Shown: in pieces, positions 16,142 through 26,302 of the stretch
How positions within the stretch are numbered: the first letter of the stretch is position 1
How the letters are laid out: each line of letters begins with the position of its first letter
From: Desulfurococcaceae archaeon
Lineage (GTDB): Archaea > Thermoproteota > Thermoprotei_A > Sulfolobales > Desulfurococcaceae
Assembly: GCA_038816475.1 (NCBI GenBank)
Contig: JAWBAI010000013.1
Coordinates: forward strand, 1-27,698
Direction of reading: 5' to 3'
DNA length: 27,698 nucleotides
Translations under genes and position numbers: made by a program
The notes under the pieces: model-generated
Database searches by the model: none
The model's input: only the letters and a program-made list of their open reading frames with translations
What the model was told of the DNA's origin: nothing

Positions 16142-18880
16142 TTAGCCCTTATGGCATAGGACACTTTCTACAGCTTCCAAAATAACTTCCTTGTTTATTC
16201 TCTGAAGTATTCTACCAGTTACATGGTCTTGTTTGCCTCCACCCTTTACTCCGTACTGGGATAGCTTTTGCATCACGTTCCTCAGATCTACTCCAAGTTC
16301 TCTCGCTTTCTCAGGAGTTACCGATATTTCCACGAGGTCTCCTGCGATTAGTACAAGTAGCATTTTTTGCCTAAAGACTAGTTCCTCGGTAATCATTTTG
16401 AAAAGCTTTTCATCCTTGAACGGGGTTTCTACGACAACAACGTCTAATCCGCAGATCGACCTCTTCTCTCTATCGATCTTCTCCATTAAAGCTTTGTAGA
16501 ACGCGCCTCTGTACATGTCTAGGTTCTTCTCGACCTCATCTAGACTGGTTTTCAACTTCTTAACAGCATCTTCGAGTTTAACACCTCTTATACCTATAGC
16601 TTCAAGCGCTCTTTCTCTCTCCTCCTCCAGTTCACCTACGTACTCCACAAGTCTTTGACCGGCTATGAACTCTAACCTTATTACACCATCCTGTATTCTC
16701 TCAACATTGATGATCTTTATTCCACCAACCTCTATGGTATTCCGTAGGTGCGTACCGAAACAGGCCTGTGCATCCCATCCAGGTATTTCAACTATTCTAA
16801 GAACAGGTGTGTATACAGCTCCACCCTGGTATATCTTCAACCCGTACGCGCTCTCAGCGGTGAATCTGTCTAGGTAGTTAAACTTCAGGTCTAATCTACT
16901 GTTAACAATGCTATTTGCCAACTCCTCGATTCTCTTTATCTCCTCCCGAGTAGGAAGCTTATGATGCGTTATGTCTAGTCTAGCCTTCTTAACGGTTTTT
17001 TCAGCACCCGCTTGCCAAACATGATCACCTAGAACTTTTCTAGCAGCAGCAAGAACTATGTGCGTTGCTGTATGATGCTTCATTAGCTGATATCTCTTCT
17101 TCCAGTCTATCTCCACAACAACCTTGTCTCCAACTGAGAAAACCGGAGGTCTATCGAGCACGTTGACTATTACATCTCCAACTTTCCCGATGTAAACTAT
17201 CTTGTAAACCTGCCCGTTGAAGATGATAACACCATCATCGTGATCCTGGCCACCAGCCCATGGATAAGCCACTGTTCTATCCAAGACTACAAAGTTCTCC
17301 TTTACTCCTAGCACGGTAGCCTCTGTTCGCGTTGCGTAGGGATCTTCGTGGAAAATCCTAGCTGTGGGTGGAAATGTACTAGCCCATCTTGAGATTTCTT
17401 CTGGTAGCTCGTGCTCTTTCTCCTTGATTAGAACGCCTGGTGATAAATGCCTGGAGGCTAAAAGTGCGTAGAAGTTCGAGGGTATAGATATGCTTACTCC
17501 GAAAGCCTTGGCTCTCTCAGCTACCACCTCTGGAGGAATACCATGAGAGTCGTATATTTCCACTAGATCCTCCACGGCGATGGTCTTCGTTCTTCTGATG
17601 ATCTTCTCCAGTATTTCCATACCACGCATAAGTGTGCTTATGAACTTCTCTGCTTCTAGAGAAACTACGTCATTGATGTACTCTCTGTAGTTCTCAAATT
17701 TACCGTATATGTAATCACCTTTCCAGAACTCTATCTGCCTATTAACAAGCTCCAGTAGTGTATCCCGTAGCCTGTGGTGCTCTACACCAAGCTTAACTAA
17801 GTTTCTGAGAAGTCTTCGAATAACAAGCCTTGCAAGGTAGCCTTCACCGGTGTTCGATGGAACAATACCGTCTGAAAGCATTAGCATTAGTGTTCTAACA
17901 TGGTCCAAGGTGCTGTACAGGTAAACGCTATTTACGAGTTCCTTATGGTAATCTCTGAACTCGGTTTTACTAACATAGTGGGAGAGCTCTTCAACACTGT
18001 TCAGTTCTTTGTTGCTAAGCTCGTAAACAATTCTTCTAAGTACATCATCAGGTGGTTCTTCAACACCTAAAGTATCCTTGTAGGATTTCAGTAGATCCTG
18101 GTATACAGCGTGAAAACCTGTGGGACTCTTCTGAGTAAACCACGCTATTCTTTCAATACCATATCCACAATCCACTACTAGAACAGGATTTAGCTCGTAC
18201 CTGCCGTTGGAGACCTTATAAGCCATATGAACTAGGGTTGCCAATTCCATTCCATCAACTAAGACTTCGGGGGCTGGTCCAGCGTTACCTCCTCCCTCCC
18301 ACCAGCCCTCCTTGAACACAAGTTCGTCTATGTCTACGCCTATTTCATCAACGAAGAACCTGATTGTGTTTTCAAATATTCCTTCCGACCAGTAGACTTG
18401 TTTACCCGGTTTGTTGAAAGCGTGCATACCACCCATTTCGAAACTTGATAAGTGTCTACCAAAGGTTAATCCAACATTATCTATGTCTGTTAGCCTGATA
18501 GACGGTTGCACGATAACCAGAGGATTGTAGGGTGGATCCACTATACCTTCTGTCACCGCTGGTTGAAAAACAACAATGGATGCTATTGTTAAATACAGGT
18601 CATTCCTCCACTTAGCAAGCACTGGGTAGGGGTCTACTAGGCCATGTCCTCTTCTAACTAGGAACTCTATGAACTTTTTACGAACATCATTCAGAGATAA
18701 AGGCTTTACTCTGCTGTAATTCTTGTACAGGAATTCGTATTTGCTACACGGTCTATCAGGACACGTATCTCGTGGAACCCTACTCCAGAAGTATTCACCA
18801 CAAACCTTACACTTATACCTGTGGAATCCGTACTCTTTCTCAAGGTAATTGTAGTTCACAATGCCTTTCTCTGATTCCAT
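16142..18880 (-). CDS. alaS: Alanine--tRNA ligase (archaeal type)
   Basis: GRHLSSFEMGG, DCGYGIER, editing motifs HHTATH and CFGTH, C-terminal GGGK; ATG 18880 or GTG 18889. Confidence 0.97.
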   Translation of the reverse strand: MESEKGIVNYNYLEKEYGFHRYKCKVCGEYFWSRVPRDTCPDRPCSKYEFLYKNYSRVKPLSLNDVRKKFIEFLVRRGHGLVDPYPVLAKWRNDLYLTIASIVVFQPAVTEGIVDPPYNPLVIVQPSIRLTDIDNVGLTFGRHLSSFEMGGMHAFNKPGKQVYWSEGIFENTIRFFVDEIGVDIDELVFKEGWWEGGGNAGPAPEVLVDGMELATLVHMAYKVSNGRYELNPVLVVDCGYGIERIAWFTQKSPTGFHAVYQDLLKSYKDTLGVEEPPDDVLRRIVYELSNKELNSVEELSHYVSKTEFRDYHKELVNSVYLYSTLDHVRTLMLMLSDGIVPSNTGEGYLARLVIRRLLRNLVKLGVEHHRLRDTLLELVNRQIEFWKGDYIYGKFENYREYINDVVSLEAEKFISTLMRGMEILEKIIRRTKTIAVEDLVEIYDSHGIPPEVVAERAKAFGVSISIPSNFYALLASRHLSPGVLIKEKEHELPEEISRWASTFPPTARIFHEDPYATRTEATVLGVKENFVVLDRTVAYPWAGGQDHDDGVIIFNGQVYKIVYIGKVGDVIVNVLDRPPVFSVGDKVVVEIDWKKRYQLMKHHTATHIVLAAARKVLGDHVWQAGAEKTVKKARLDITHHKLPTREEIKRIEELANSIVNSRLDLKFNYLDRFTAESAYGLKIYQGGAVYTPVLRIVEIPGWDAQACFGTHLRNTIEVGGIKIINVERIQDGVIRLEFIAGQRLVEYVGELEEERERALEAIGIRGVKLEDAVKKLKTSLDEVEKNLDMYRGAFYKALMEKIDREKRSICGLDVVVVETPFKDEKLFKMITEELVFRQKMLLVLIAGDLVEISVTPEKARELGVDLRNVMQKLSQYGVKGGGKQDHVTGRILQRINKEVILEAVESVLCHKG

Positions 18881-19050
18881 AGTTACCACTAGTACAGTTG
18901 CTCTACTTCACTCGTAGTATTCTCAGATGCAGGTTGTATTTTATCTTTTTCACTATCTACCAGGAAAGACTGATGATAAGTGTTTGTGAAAGATGTTTGA
19001 ATTCCAGCTTCCAAGCGATGATGTCGTTTAAAACTAAAGCTGTTTTCAGT

Positions 19051-19377
19051 TCAGCCGAAGAGAGCTGCAAACCCCTCTGCGAGCGCTTCCTCGCTAAGCT
19101 CCTTAGATTCCTCCTTCTTCTTCTCTTCTTTCTTCTCCTCGGTTGCAGCAGGTGGACTTGCAGGCGCTGCGGAGACTGTAGCTACAGGGGCTGCTATAGC
19201 TTGCTCTAGAACCTTGGCTATGTCGATGTTCTTTATTGCTGCGACTATTGATTTAACTCTGACTTCATCTACCTCAACACCAGCTGCTTCGAGTACTCGT
19301 TTCAAGTTCTCCTCATTTATCTCCTTACCGGCTTTGTAAAGTAACAGAGTTGCATATACGTACTCTATAGGGACCAC
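19051..19377 (-). CDS. rpl12: Ribosomal stalk protein P1/L12 (true start possibly ATA 19368)
   Basis: EYVYATLLL, Ala/Glu-rich hinge, C-terminal GFAALFG. Confidence 0.95.
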   Translation of the reverse strand: MVPIEYVYATLLLYKAGKEINEENLKRVLEAAGVEVDEVRVKSIVAAIKNIDIAKVLEQAIAAPVATVSAAPASPPAATEEKKEEKKKEESKELSEEALAEGFAALFG

Positions 19378-19446
19378 CCTGTAATCATGTTACCTTTTGG
19401 TTAGAATGGAGTTAGGGGTTTTTAAATCGTAAATTCCGTGAGCTTA

Positions 19447-20448
19447 TTAACCGAAGAGCGCTGCAAATCCTTCAGCTAGTGCTTCTTCGCCGAGTTCCCT
19501 GGATTCTTCTTCCTCCTTCTTTTCTTCCCTCTTCTCCTCTTTCTCCGGTGCCGACTGTACAGCTGGTTTTACTTCTATACCAAGCTCTGGAGCGTACTTT
19601 GACACTTCTAGTGCTAAGGCCAGTGCTTTCGTATGAGCTACTCTAATAACGTACTCAGCTGTATCAGGTGTAATGAACCCTAGCTCTGCAACTAGTGCTA
19701 GTGCGTGTCTTTGAGCTTTGACAATGGTGTAATTCAATACTATTGGTTCTGGGATCACGAGTTCTACGGCTAGCTTAAACGCATCTAATGCTGCTTGCTT
19801 TATGCTCTCCTCGTACTCGGCAAGGTTGATCTTCAGCTTATCTCCAGGTATGAAGAGGTTTTCGTCGAAACCGCACTTTACTCGAACCTTGATCTCCTTT
19901 AGAGCTAAGCCTAGCTTCTGTAGAATGCTTGCTAGATCAGCCGAGATGATGTCCCCGGGTTTCGCAACAACAGTATCCTTGGCAACATATACAACGTTTC
20001 CTTGTACCTTCGTGGGTATTTTGAGTCTACCAAACACACTGAGAATAGGGCCTGGTGGTAGCCCGGTGTTACCCTCTGGGACCACTATTTCCTTGTCAGC
20101 GATGTCACCTGGACTGTAGTAATCGTATGTTATGAAACCTTCAACGGTGTTTGCAAGTTCAAACACGTTCTTGTTGGAGAATATTAGCATGATTTGACCA
20201 GTCATGTATGGTTTAAGCTTCTCAGCATCTCGGTAGATATTTTCAAGTGCTTTGAGAGCTACCTTAGGTTTTACAACCTTCATGATAGCATGCTTCGCCA
20301 ACTTCTTTCGAAGCATTTGAATATGCTTTGCTGGTACTCCGTTGAGATCCACTATGAGCATGCTTCTGTGGTTCTTCGCAAGCTCTTCGATCTCCTTTGC
20401 TAGTTTCACTTTTTCCTCAGGTATTCTGCGATAATACACTATACTCAT
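19447..20448 (-). CDS. rplP0: Ribosomal stalk protein P0/L10
   Basis: GNTGLPPGP, LQKLG, C-terminal [13 protein letters not shown]. Confidence 0.96.
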   Translation of the reverse strand: MSIVYYRRIPEEKVKLAKEIEELAKNHRSMLIVDLNGVPAKHIQMLRKKLAKHAIMKVVKPKVALKALENIYRDAEKLKPYMTGQIMLIFSNKNVFELANTVEGFITYDYYSPGDIADKEIVVPEGNTGLPPGPILSVFGRLKIPTKVQGNVVYVAKDTVVAKPGDIISADLASILQKLGLALKEIKVRVKCGFDENLFIPGDKLKINLAEYEESIKQAALDAFKLAVELVIPEPIVLNYTIVKAQRHALALVAELGFITPDTAEYVIRVAHTKALALALEVSKYAPELGIEVKPAVQSAPEKEEKREEKKEEEESRELGEEALAEGFAALFG

Positions 20449-20454
20449 GGTTCT

Positions 20455-21105
20455 CTACCTGGTGCTCACCTCTACTGGTATACCCATAGTTGTTTTAACT
20501 AGGATTTTACCGATGTTAGCGTATCCTGCTGGTAGTTTACCTTCTATTGCTGTGAGAACCGCGAGAGCATTCTCAGCTAAGTCTTCAACCTTCATATCCT
20601 CTACACCTATTGCTGCCATGATTTGAGGCTGGTTTCTTAGCGATACCAGCACGGTGTTTCTGTACCTCGCAATCATACCTTTCAACGCACTACTCGAAGA
20701 TACCGGAACGGGGATTTTGCCTCTGGGTCCCAGCGATGGACCTAGAACTCTTCCAACAGTACCCATGAACTCTGGTTTTACCAGAACCCAGTCGCATGAT
20801 GATGCGATCTTCTTTGCTTGTTTTTTAGTAATGTTCTTTACATCGTCACCGAGTATCGCTAAGTAAGCACCTTCCGATTTACCTATTTCAACCATTTCCG
20901 AGTCGCCGATCACGCAGATCTTTTGTTCCTTGCCGCGTCCTTTGGGTAGGTAAACAGGCTCTCTTATCTTAACCTGCTGAGATTTCAGGTCAATATCCTT
21001 CAGAACAACTATTAGTTCAACGCTTTGCTTAAAGTTTCTCCCCTTGCCGAGTTCGACGGCCTTGGCAATCGCGTTTACAAGCTTATCCTTTGGAATGGTC
21101 GACAT
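20455..21105 (-). CDS. rpl1: Ribosomal protein L1
   Basis: RNFKQSVEL, LGPSLGPRGKIP, VKTTMG; ATG 21105 avoids overlap with rpl11. Confidence 0.96.
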   Translation of the reverse strand: MSTIPKDKLVNAIAKAVELGKGRNFKQSVELIVVLKDIDLKSQQVKIREPVYLPKGRGKEQKICVIGDSEMVEIGKSEGAYLAILGDDVKNITKKQAKKIASSCDWVLVKPEFMGTVGRVLGPSLGPRGKIPVPVSSSSALKGMIARYRNTVLVSLRNQPQIMAAIGVEDMKVEDLAENALAVLTAIEGKLPAGYANIGKILVKTTMGIPVEVSTR

Positions 21106-21112
21106 AGAAGCA

Positions 21113-21622
21113 TCACGCCTCCTTTTCCCACTCAGGTTCGTATTTAGCAATTAGGTCATCGTAATTACCTCGATTTATAAGCTCTATTACCTCCTTTGCA
21201 TCCTTGTTGTCAACAGTTATACCAATTGCGCGTGCTGTACCTAATATGGTTTTCACAGCTGCCTTAAGAGTTTTTGCTGACAGCTGATGCTTCTTTATTA
21301 AAGCTATTTTTATAGCGTCCTCAAAGGTTATATTCCCGATCTTCTTGTGAGCAGGGTCTCCCGTGGGTTCTTTTGCACCTGCGAACTTCATTAACAATGC
21401 TGCTGTTGTTGGTATCCCCACTTTTACCTCGAATTTTCTCGTATCGGTATCCACTGTAACTTCAACAGGTACGGATAAACCCTCGTAGTCTTTTGTAGCA
21501 TTGTTTATAGCATTTACAACTTCCATCACATTCACCTTGTAGGGTGATAGAGCTGGGCCTATTGGTGGTCCAGGTGTTGCTTTACCACCTTCAACTATGA
21601 ATTTAAGTGTTTTCTTCACCAT
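21113..21622 (-). CDS. rpl11: Ribosomal protein L11
   Basis: [24 protein letters not shown]. Confidence 0.97.
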   Translation of the reverse strand: MVKKTLKFIVEGGKATPGPPIGPALSPYKVNVMEVVNAINNATKDYEGLSVPVEVTVDTDTRKFEVKVGIPTTAALLMKFAGAKEPTGDPAHKKIGNITFEDAIKIALIKKHQLSAKTLKAAVKTILGTARAIGITVDNKDAKEVIELINRGNYDDLIAKYEPEWEKEA

Positions 21623-21628
21623 GCCTGA

Positions 21629-22102
21629 TCATCTCTTAGCCTTCTTCACATACGTGATTTGGATTGTAACTGGGATTGTAAACGCGGCTTCAAGAAGATT
21701 AACTGTTACAACATTTTTACTTTTATCGATTGAAACAACTCTTGCTCTCATACCTCTGAATGGGCCTCGAACTATCTCCACTTCGTCTCCCACATTTAGC
21801 TCTTCGACTTCAAGTTTTGGTTTAAGCATTACCATGATCTCCTCGACGGGTATTTTAAGAGGTCTTGCCGTTTTAACGTACTTAATGTTACTAATCAGCT
21901 TGTATATCTCCTCGGGTTTTTCCACCTCGATGAAGACGAACCCTTTAACGCCAGGTGCTATGAATATTGATCTAACACCTGATTCTCCCTCCTTCTCGAT
22001 CTTCTCGAGAACTCTTCTCTCCACTATAAATGCTACATCCATTTCTCTACCACTGGTTGTTCTAATAGCGTAAACACTCAACCGCTGCGAGCTTGAGCTC
22101 AT
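21629..22102 (-). CDS. spt5: Transcription elongation factor Spt5 (NusG)
   Basis: NGN domain (TTSGRE, KGFVFIE) and KOW motif (GDEVEIVRGPFRG). Confidence 0.96.
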   Translation of the reverse strand: MSSSSQRLSVYAIRTTSGREMDVAFIVERRVLEKIEKEGESGVRSIFIAPGVKGFVFIEVEKPEEIYKLISNIKYVKTARPLKIPVEEIMVMLKPKLEVEELNVGDEVEIVRGPFRGMRARVVSIDKSKNVVTVNLLEAAFTIPVTIQITYVKKAKR

Positions 22103-22107
22103 AGTTC

Positions 22108-22287
22108 CTAACCTGGATATGGAAACAGCAGTGTGTAAAATATCAACCTAATTACAAAAGCTATAAGACCTATTAAAACTAAACCAAGCAGTGTTATCTT
22201 TAGAACAGCAAAGTACTCGCTTCTCTCAGGTTTAGACGATATCTGAATGATCTTCTTCCACATATCAACCATTTCTCTTAGATTCAT
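22108..22287 (-). CDS. secE: Protein translocase SecE/Sec61-gamma, 59 aa (absent from ORF track)
   Basis: Hand translation MNLREMVDMWKKIIQISSKPERSEYFAVLKITLLGLVLIGLIAFVIRLIFYTLLFPYPG; KP..EY motif plus TM helix; lies between ftsY and spt5. Confidence 0.93.
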   Translation of the reverse strand: MNLREMVDMWKKIIQISSKPERSEYFAVLKITLLGLVLIGLIAFVIRLIFYTLLFPYPG

Positions 22288-22299
22288 CGCTGAAACCCA

Positions 22300-23187
22300 C
22301 TAGTCTACCGGTACAAGCTTATCCACATATTCTAAGGGATCAAAGGGCTTTAAATCCGAGTAATCCTGACCCGTCCCCACGAAGATCACCGGCTTCTTGG
22401 TGATGTATACGATTGATAGTGGAACACCCCCTTCTTCGTACGCATCAAACTTTGCAACTATGAATGCGTCAACACCTACAGCTTCGTTAAAGAACTTGGC
22501 TTGCTCAATTGCATCGTTTCCCGTAAGAGCATCAACAACCAGTATTTTCAACGAGGGTTTAACCACCCTAATGATCTTCTTAAGCTCGTTTACCAAGTCC
22601 ACATCGGTGTGCATTCTACCTGCTGTGTCTATCAACATAACGTTAAAGCCTCTCGACATTCCGTAGAGCACTCCATCATACGCTACGGATGCTGGATCAG
22701 CCCCGTACTTGCCGAGGAAGAGTGGTATACCTGTTTTCTCTGAATGCTTCTTTAACTGCTCTTGTGCAGCTGCACGAAAAGTATCTGCAGCTATCATAAT
22801 TGGTCTATACCCTTTCTCTCTCAGATACACTGCGACTTTTGCTATAGTAGTAGTCTTTCCAACACCGTTAACACCCATGAAGATCACCTTGAGAGGTTTC
22901 TCTGTTCTTGCAAGTAGTTCTAGGTCTACTCTCGGAACTCCATCGAAGTATGAAAGTAGAACTTCACGTAGTCTTTTAACTAGTGCATCTCTGTTCTTGA
23001 TTAGGCCGTTTTTAACATCCAGTGCTAGTCTCTGTGCTATATCGTCTGCTACATCGTATGCAACATCTCTACATACCAGTTCGTACTTGAATTGATCTAT
23101 AAGCTCTATGAGCTTGTCCTTTGAGTATAGTAGGTTAGAAGCTGCATCTACGAATTTCTTAAAAACCTCTCTTAGCTTAAATAGCAA
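22300..23187 (-). CDS. ftsY: SRP receptor FtsY
   Basis: GVNGVGKTTT, DTFRAAAQEQL, DTAGR, GTGQDY. Confidence 0.97.
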   Translation of the reverse strand: MLFKLREVFKKFVDAASNLLYSKDKLIELIDQFKYELVCRDVAYDVADDIAQRLALDVKNGLIKNRDALVKRLREVLLSYFDGVPRVDLELLARTEKPLKVIFMGVNGVGKTTTIAKVAVYLREKGYRPIMIAADTFRAAAQEQLKKHSEKTGIPLFLGKYGADPASVAYDGVLYGMSRGFNVMLIDTAGRMHTDVDLVNELKKIIRVVKPSLKILVVDALTGNDAIEQAKFFNEAVGVDAFIVAKFDAYEEGGVPLSIVYITKKPVIFVGTGQDYSDLKPFDPLEYVDKLVPVD

Positions 23188-23193
23188 CGTTTA

Positions 23194-23658
23194 TCACTTT
23201 GCTTCCTCGACAGAGCGTGCTTCGAGAGTTTGACTTAGTACTCTCTGTATTGCAACGTACTCTTTAACGAGTCTTTGTTGATGAGTTTGAATACTGCTGA
23301 TGATCCTTTCAACTTCCTGGATTCTCCTCTGCAGGATCTCGATCGCCTTCTCCTTGGTGGTCTTAATGTAGTAGCCTAGTCCCAGGTTCACGAGCACATT
23401 GTTAGCCCATCCCTCATCTATCTTAGTTGGAATGAAAACCATGGATAATCGATCAAGCATAACGTAGCCCTGTGGAGCACTTGGTGGCAAGTTTTTGAGG
23501 GTTTCTTGTGCTAACTGAAGTTCTCTGTACTGGTTAAGGTAGGTGTTTAATGTTGCTGTAATAGCTTCTATCTGGTCTTTCAACTCAGTAGCCCTAGCTA
23601 CGAGTTCATCTACGCTGACAACAAATCGAGTCTCTTTACTCTCCTCCACCTTACTCAT
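23194..23658 (-). CDS. pfdA: Prefoldin alpha subunit
   Basis: Coiled coils around VLVNLGLGYYI; conserved position. Confidence 0.9.
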   Translation of the reverse strand: MSKVEESKETRFVVSVDELVARATELKDQIEAITATLNTYLNQYRELQLAQETLKNLPPSAPQGYVMLDRLSMVFIPTKIDEGWANNVLVNLGLGYYIKTTKEKAIEILQRRIQEVERIISSIQTHQQRLVKEYVAIQRVLSQTLEARSVEEAK

Positions 23659-23921
23659 TGCTTAACAATCCTCTCTATTTGTAGTAGTTTCTTTACATAG
23701 GGCTTTACTGCTTCTTCAGGGCTGATCGCCTCTATGTTTAGGATTTTTATGTGAAAGCGCTTTAACTTGTGTCTGCTCCCCAATAGTGAGTACAGCTTTT
23801 CAAGTGCCTGTTCTTTGTTTAGTGCTCTCAGCTCTAAGGTGAACTTTTGCCATGTTGGATTCTTGTCGTGACTTATGAGCATGTAACCTACTATTCTATA
23901 GATTTTCACTTCCTCACTCAA
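23655..23921 (-). CDS. rpl18a: Ribosomal protein L18Ae (LX)
   Basis: VKIYRIVG, EKLYSLLGSRHKLKR; TTG 23921 follows a GGTGG SD. Confidence 0.93.
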   Translation of the reverse strand: MSEEVKIYRIVGYMLISHDKNPTWQKFTLELRALNKEQALEKLYSLLGSRHKLKRFHIKILNIEAISPEEAVKPYVKKLLQIERIVKQ

Positions 23922-23922
23922 G

Positions 23923-24612
23923 CTAACCACCAGACTCGAAACCGGCTTTTATTCTAAGAATCTCGGGTCCAGTAGTATTACCACCCACTACAACACCTTT
24001 ATTATTTGCAAGTATACCACTTTTAACGTAGGGTGTTCCCGCGTTAACAGTTGCTCTCTCCACGGAAATCTTTACTACATTTTTAACAAGTGCTACGTCG
24101 TCTTCGCTGGCATCTGGGTGTATAACTCCACCGCTGTCCACTATTACCAGAACACTTCCAGGAACATCGGTGTTCACGAGTCTGGCTTTGACTACTTCTA
24201 CTCCCAGAACATCGGATATGGACTTTACTGCTTCCTTCTCGAGTAGCGGGCTGACAATACAGCCTTTGCTATTGCAAGCGACGAGATTGCCAAGAGCTGT
24301 GTACCTGCTGTTAAGTACATGGACAACTATGTCTATGCCTGCGTCCTTTACAACTCTGTTTATGTGGTGCAACTCTGCGTCGAACACTATTCTAGGTAAG
24401 ATAATGCCGTTGCTATTCCCAGTGACTAGAACACCGTTGAGTATTGTTCCAGCAATTTTAGTTTCTACGGGAACAACTCCTAGCAGAGAAGAAAGCTCCT
24501 TGACATCGTCAGAAGGTAATCCCGAGGGGATGAACATTAGCTTATCGTTTACGTAAGCATATACACCTATATTCGGGTTTCCAAAAAAGCTCATTCTGAT
24601 TATTTCAACCAT
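23923..24612 (-). CDS. eif6: Translation initiation factor aIF-6
   Basis: GNPNIGVY, GNSNG, ALGN, TVNAG, TTGPE. Confidence 0.96.
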   Translation of the reverse strand: MVEIIRMSFFGNPNIGVYAYVNDKLMFIPSGLPSDDVKELSSLLGVVPVETKIAGTILNGVLVTGNSNGIILPRIVFDAELHHINRVVKDAGIDIVVHVLNSRYTALGNLVACNSKGCIVSPLLEKEAVKSISDVLGVEVVKARLVNTDVPGSVLVIVDSGGVIHPDASEDDVALVKNVVKISVERATVNAGTPYVKSGILANNKGVVVGGNTTGPEILRIKAGFESGG

Positions 24613-24629
24613 CAGCAATACTACCCTGG

Positions 24630-24917
24630 TTACTTTGCTTTGCTGGGTCTAACTAGTAAAACCTCTGCAACCTTGTTCTCCTTGTCAAACATGATCTCAA
24701 CGGTAATCCTCCTGGGGGGTTTCTCCCGTCCACGAGACCATACGTACTGGTTGACAGCTGGATCGATCACTATTTTCTCAGCGTCCTTGAAGTGCCTAGC
24801 AACGTATTTTTTGATTAATCTCACAGCTCTATCTGCTCTGTTGAATCTTCGCCCAAAGTACACTCTTTTCAGTGGTATCACGTGCACGCTTTTTTCAACA
24901 CTAGATTTTTGACTCAA
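24630..24917 (-). CDS. rpl31e: Ribosomal protein L31e
   Basis: RADRAVR, VNQYVWSRGREKPPRRI. Confidence 0.96.
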   Translation of the reverse strand: MSQKSSVEKSVHVIPLKRVYFGRRFNRADRAVRLIKKYVARHFKDAEKIVIDPAVNQYVWSRGREKPPRRITVEIMFDKENKVAEVLLVRPSKAK

Positions 24918-24930
24918 GACTTCTCGCCTT

Positions 24931-25089
24931 CTAGATGTTCTTTAGTTTAACTCTTCTCCAGTGTCTTAGTCTAAACATTCTTCTAACTCTTAACCGAGTC
25001 TTAATTGTAACCCATATCGGAATAGGCTTGTTGCTTTTACCTGCTGCCGCAAGTCTCAGCTTTCGCGCCAGGTGTTTCGCTCTTGCCAT
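24931..25089 (-). CDS. rpl39e: Ribosomal protein L39e, 52 aa (absent from ORF track)
   Basis: Hand translation MARAKHLARKLRLAAAGKSNKPIPIWVTIKTRLRVRRMFRLRHWRRVKLKNI; GGTGA SD. Confidence 0.96.
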   Translation of the reverse strand: MARAKHLARKLRLAAAGKSNKPIPIWVTIKTRLRVRRMFRLRHWRRVKLKNI

Positions 25090-25107
25090 ATAATCACCGC
25101 TTCTTCC

Positions 25108-25440
25108 CTACTTTCTTTTAAAGGTTATTTTTGTTTCACGCTTACTCTGTTCATATAGTTCAGTTAAAATCTTTCTTAAAAACTCGTCTGTGACCGGAAT
25201 GGGTATTCTACCGCTTTGAGCGAGAAGTATCAGTTGCTCTTCAAGCATAGCTGCCAGCTGGGGTTTTACCAGCTTAAGATTGTAAAGTCTTTCCCTAGCT
25301 TCAGGTGTAAGGATTTGCCTTAGAATAGACTCTATTCTTGCACGTCTTTCCTTTTCTTCCTCCATTTTTCTCCTGAGTTCAGCTAGTTTACGTGTCTTAA
25401 GAGCCTCCAGTTCCTCGTCACTAATGTATTCATCGCTCAT
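25108..25440 (-). CDS. PDCD5-like DNA-binding protein
   Basis: [27 protein letters not shown]. Confidence 0.93.
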   Translation of the reverse strand: MSDEYISDEELEALKTRKLAELRRKMEEEKERRARIESILRQILTPEARERLYNLKLVKPQLAAMLEEQLILLAQSGRIPIPVTDEFLRKILTELYEQSKRETKITFKRK

Positions 25441-25446
25441 GAGCTA

Positions 25447-25935
25447 TCACGTTTTTAGCTTTGTTTTGTAAGAGTCGGGAAGATACTTAGCTAGCTCTGG
25501 GTTCTCCTTTGCTAATTCGAGCATAACCTCTAAGGCTATTCTATCAAGTAAAGCTCTACCTTGCGGTGTTAGAATACGTCCTTCCTTTGTTCTCCTAACC
25601 AGTTGAGCTCGTTCAAGCTGCTGTAGTATCTTTCTAATGGCATTACCCGGTGCTCTGTAGACTCTCTCCGGAGCTGACCCCCTGTTCTTTCTTCCCCCAT
25701 ACGCTCTCCTGAGCTCTGAAAGCCCTACAGGTTTCCCAGCCTTGTAAAGCTTTCTTAAGATACTTGCTGCTCTATAGTACCACCAGTTTGGATCCTCTGG
25801 TGGTTTTTCCTTGAAGCACCCTGTTTTAACAAATAAAGCCCATGGTAATGGCTTTACCTCTGGCACGTTTTCTCTTAAATAGCTTGCCAGCTTATTGATG
25901 AATCTGTCTGCTGGAACTTCGATTGCAGTAACCAT
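25447..25935 (-). CDS. rps19e: Ribosomal protein S19e
   Basis: VKTG..KEKPP, WWYYRAASILRK, YGGRKNRG. Confidence 0.97.
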   Translation of the reverse strand: MVTAIEVPADRFINKLASYLRENVPEVKPLPWALFVKTGCFKEKPPEDPNWWYYRAASILRKLYKAGKPVGLSELRRAYGGRKNRGSAPERVYRAPGNAIRKILQQLERAQLVRRTKEGRILTPQGRALLDRIALEVMLELAKENPELAKYLPDSYKTKLKT

Positions 25936-26008
25936 TGTATACACCCTCTGGTGTCTAAAATGCTTGACTACTTATTATTCGTAAACTTATTTCCTTTATT
26001 TCCTTATT

Positions 26009-26302
26009 TTACTTACTTCTCTGCTTCTTCGTAAGCACTAGTGTGAATCCTCTTACTTCATATATGCTGGAGCCGGTTTGTTCGGCTAAGTACCTAGCAA
26101 CCTGTTCTACTTCCTCAGCACTATACCTTCTGAAGGACTTGAGTACTCGTATTTTAACTACACCATGCTTGTTAAGCCTGTTTCTCAATTCGTTTAGAAA
26201 CCCCTCTGTAATACCACTCTTACCTAGTTGCATATCCACTTTTCCGGCTATTCTTGCTTTGACTTTCTCGTACGATTCTTTATCATGTATCTTCTTGTCC
26301 AT
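26009..26302 (-). CDS. YhbY/CRM-domain RNA-binding protein
   Basis: QLGKSGITEG, HGVVKIRVLKS, VRGFTLVL; start uncertain. Confidence 0.9.
   Translation of the reverse strand: MDKKIHDKESYEKVKARIAGKVDMQLGKSGITEGFLNELRNRLNKHGVVKIRVLKSFRRYSAEEVEQVARYLAEQTGSSIYEVRGFTLVLTKKQRSK

Noticed and set aside
18980-19025. TGATGA...TTGA...ATGATG resembling C/D boxes, and the 103-aa + strand ORF at 18898-19209
   Set aside because: Spacing irregular with no terminal D box or stem; the ORF is largely antisense to rpl12 with no recognisable motifs
19051-19520. DNA repeat shared by the 3' ends of rpl12 and rplP0
   Set aside because: Known conserved C-terminal tail common to P0 and P1 stalk proteins
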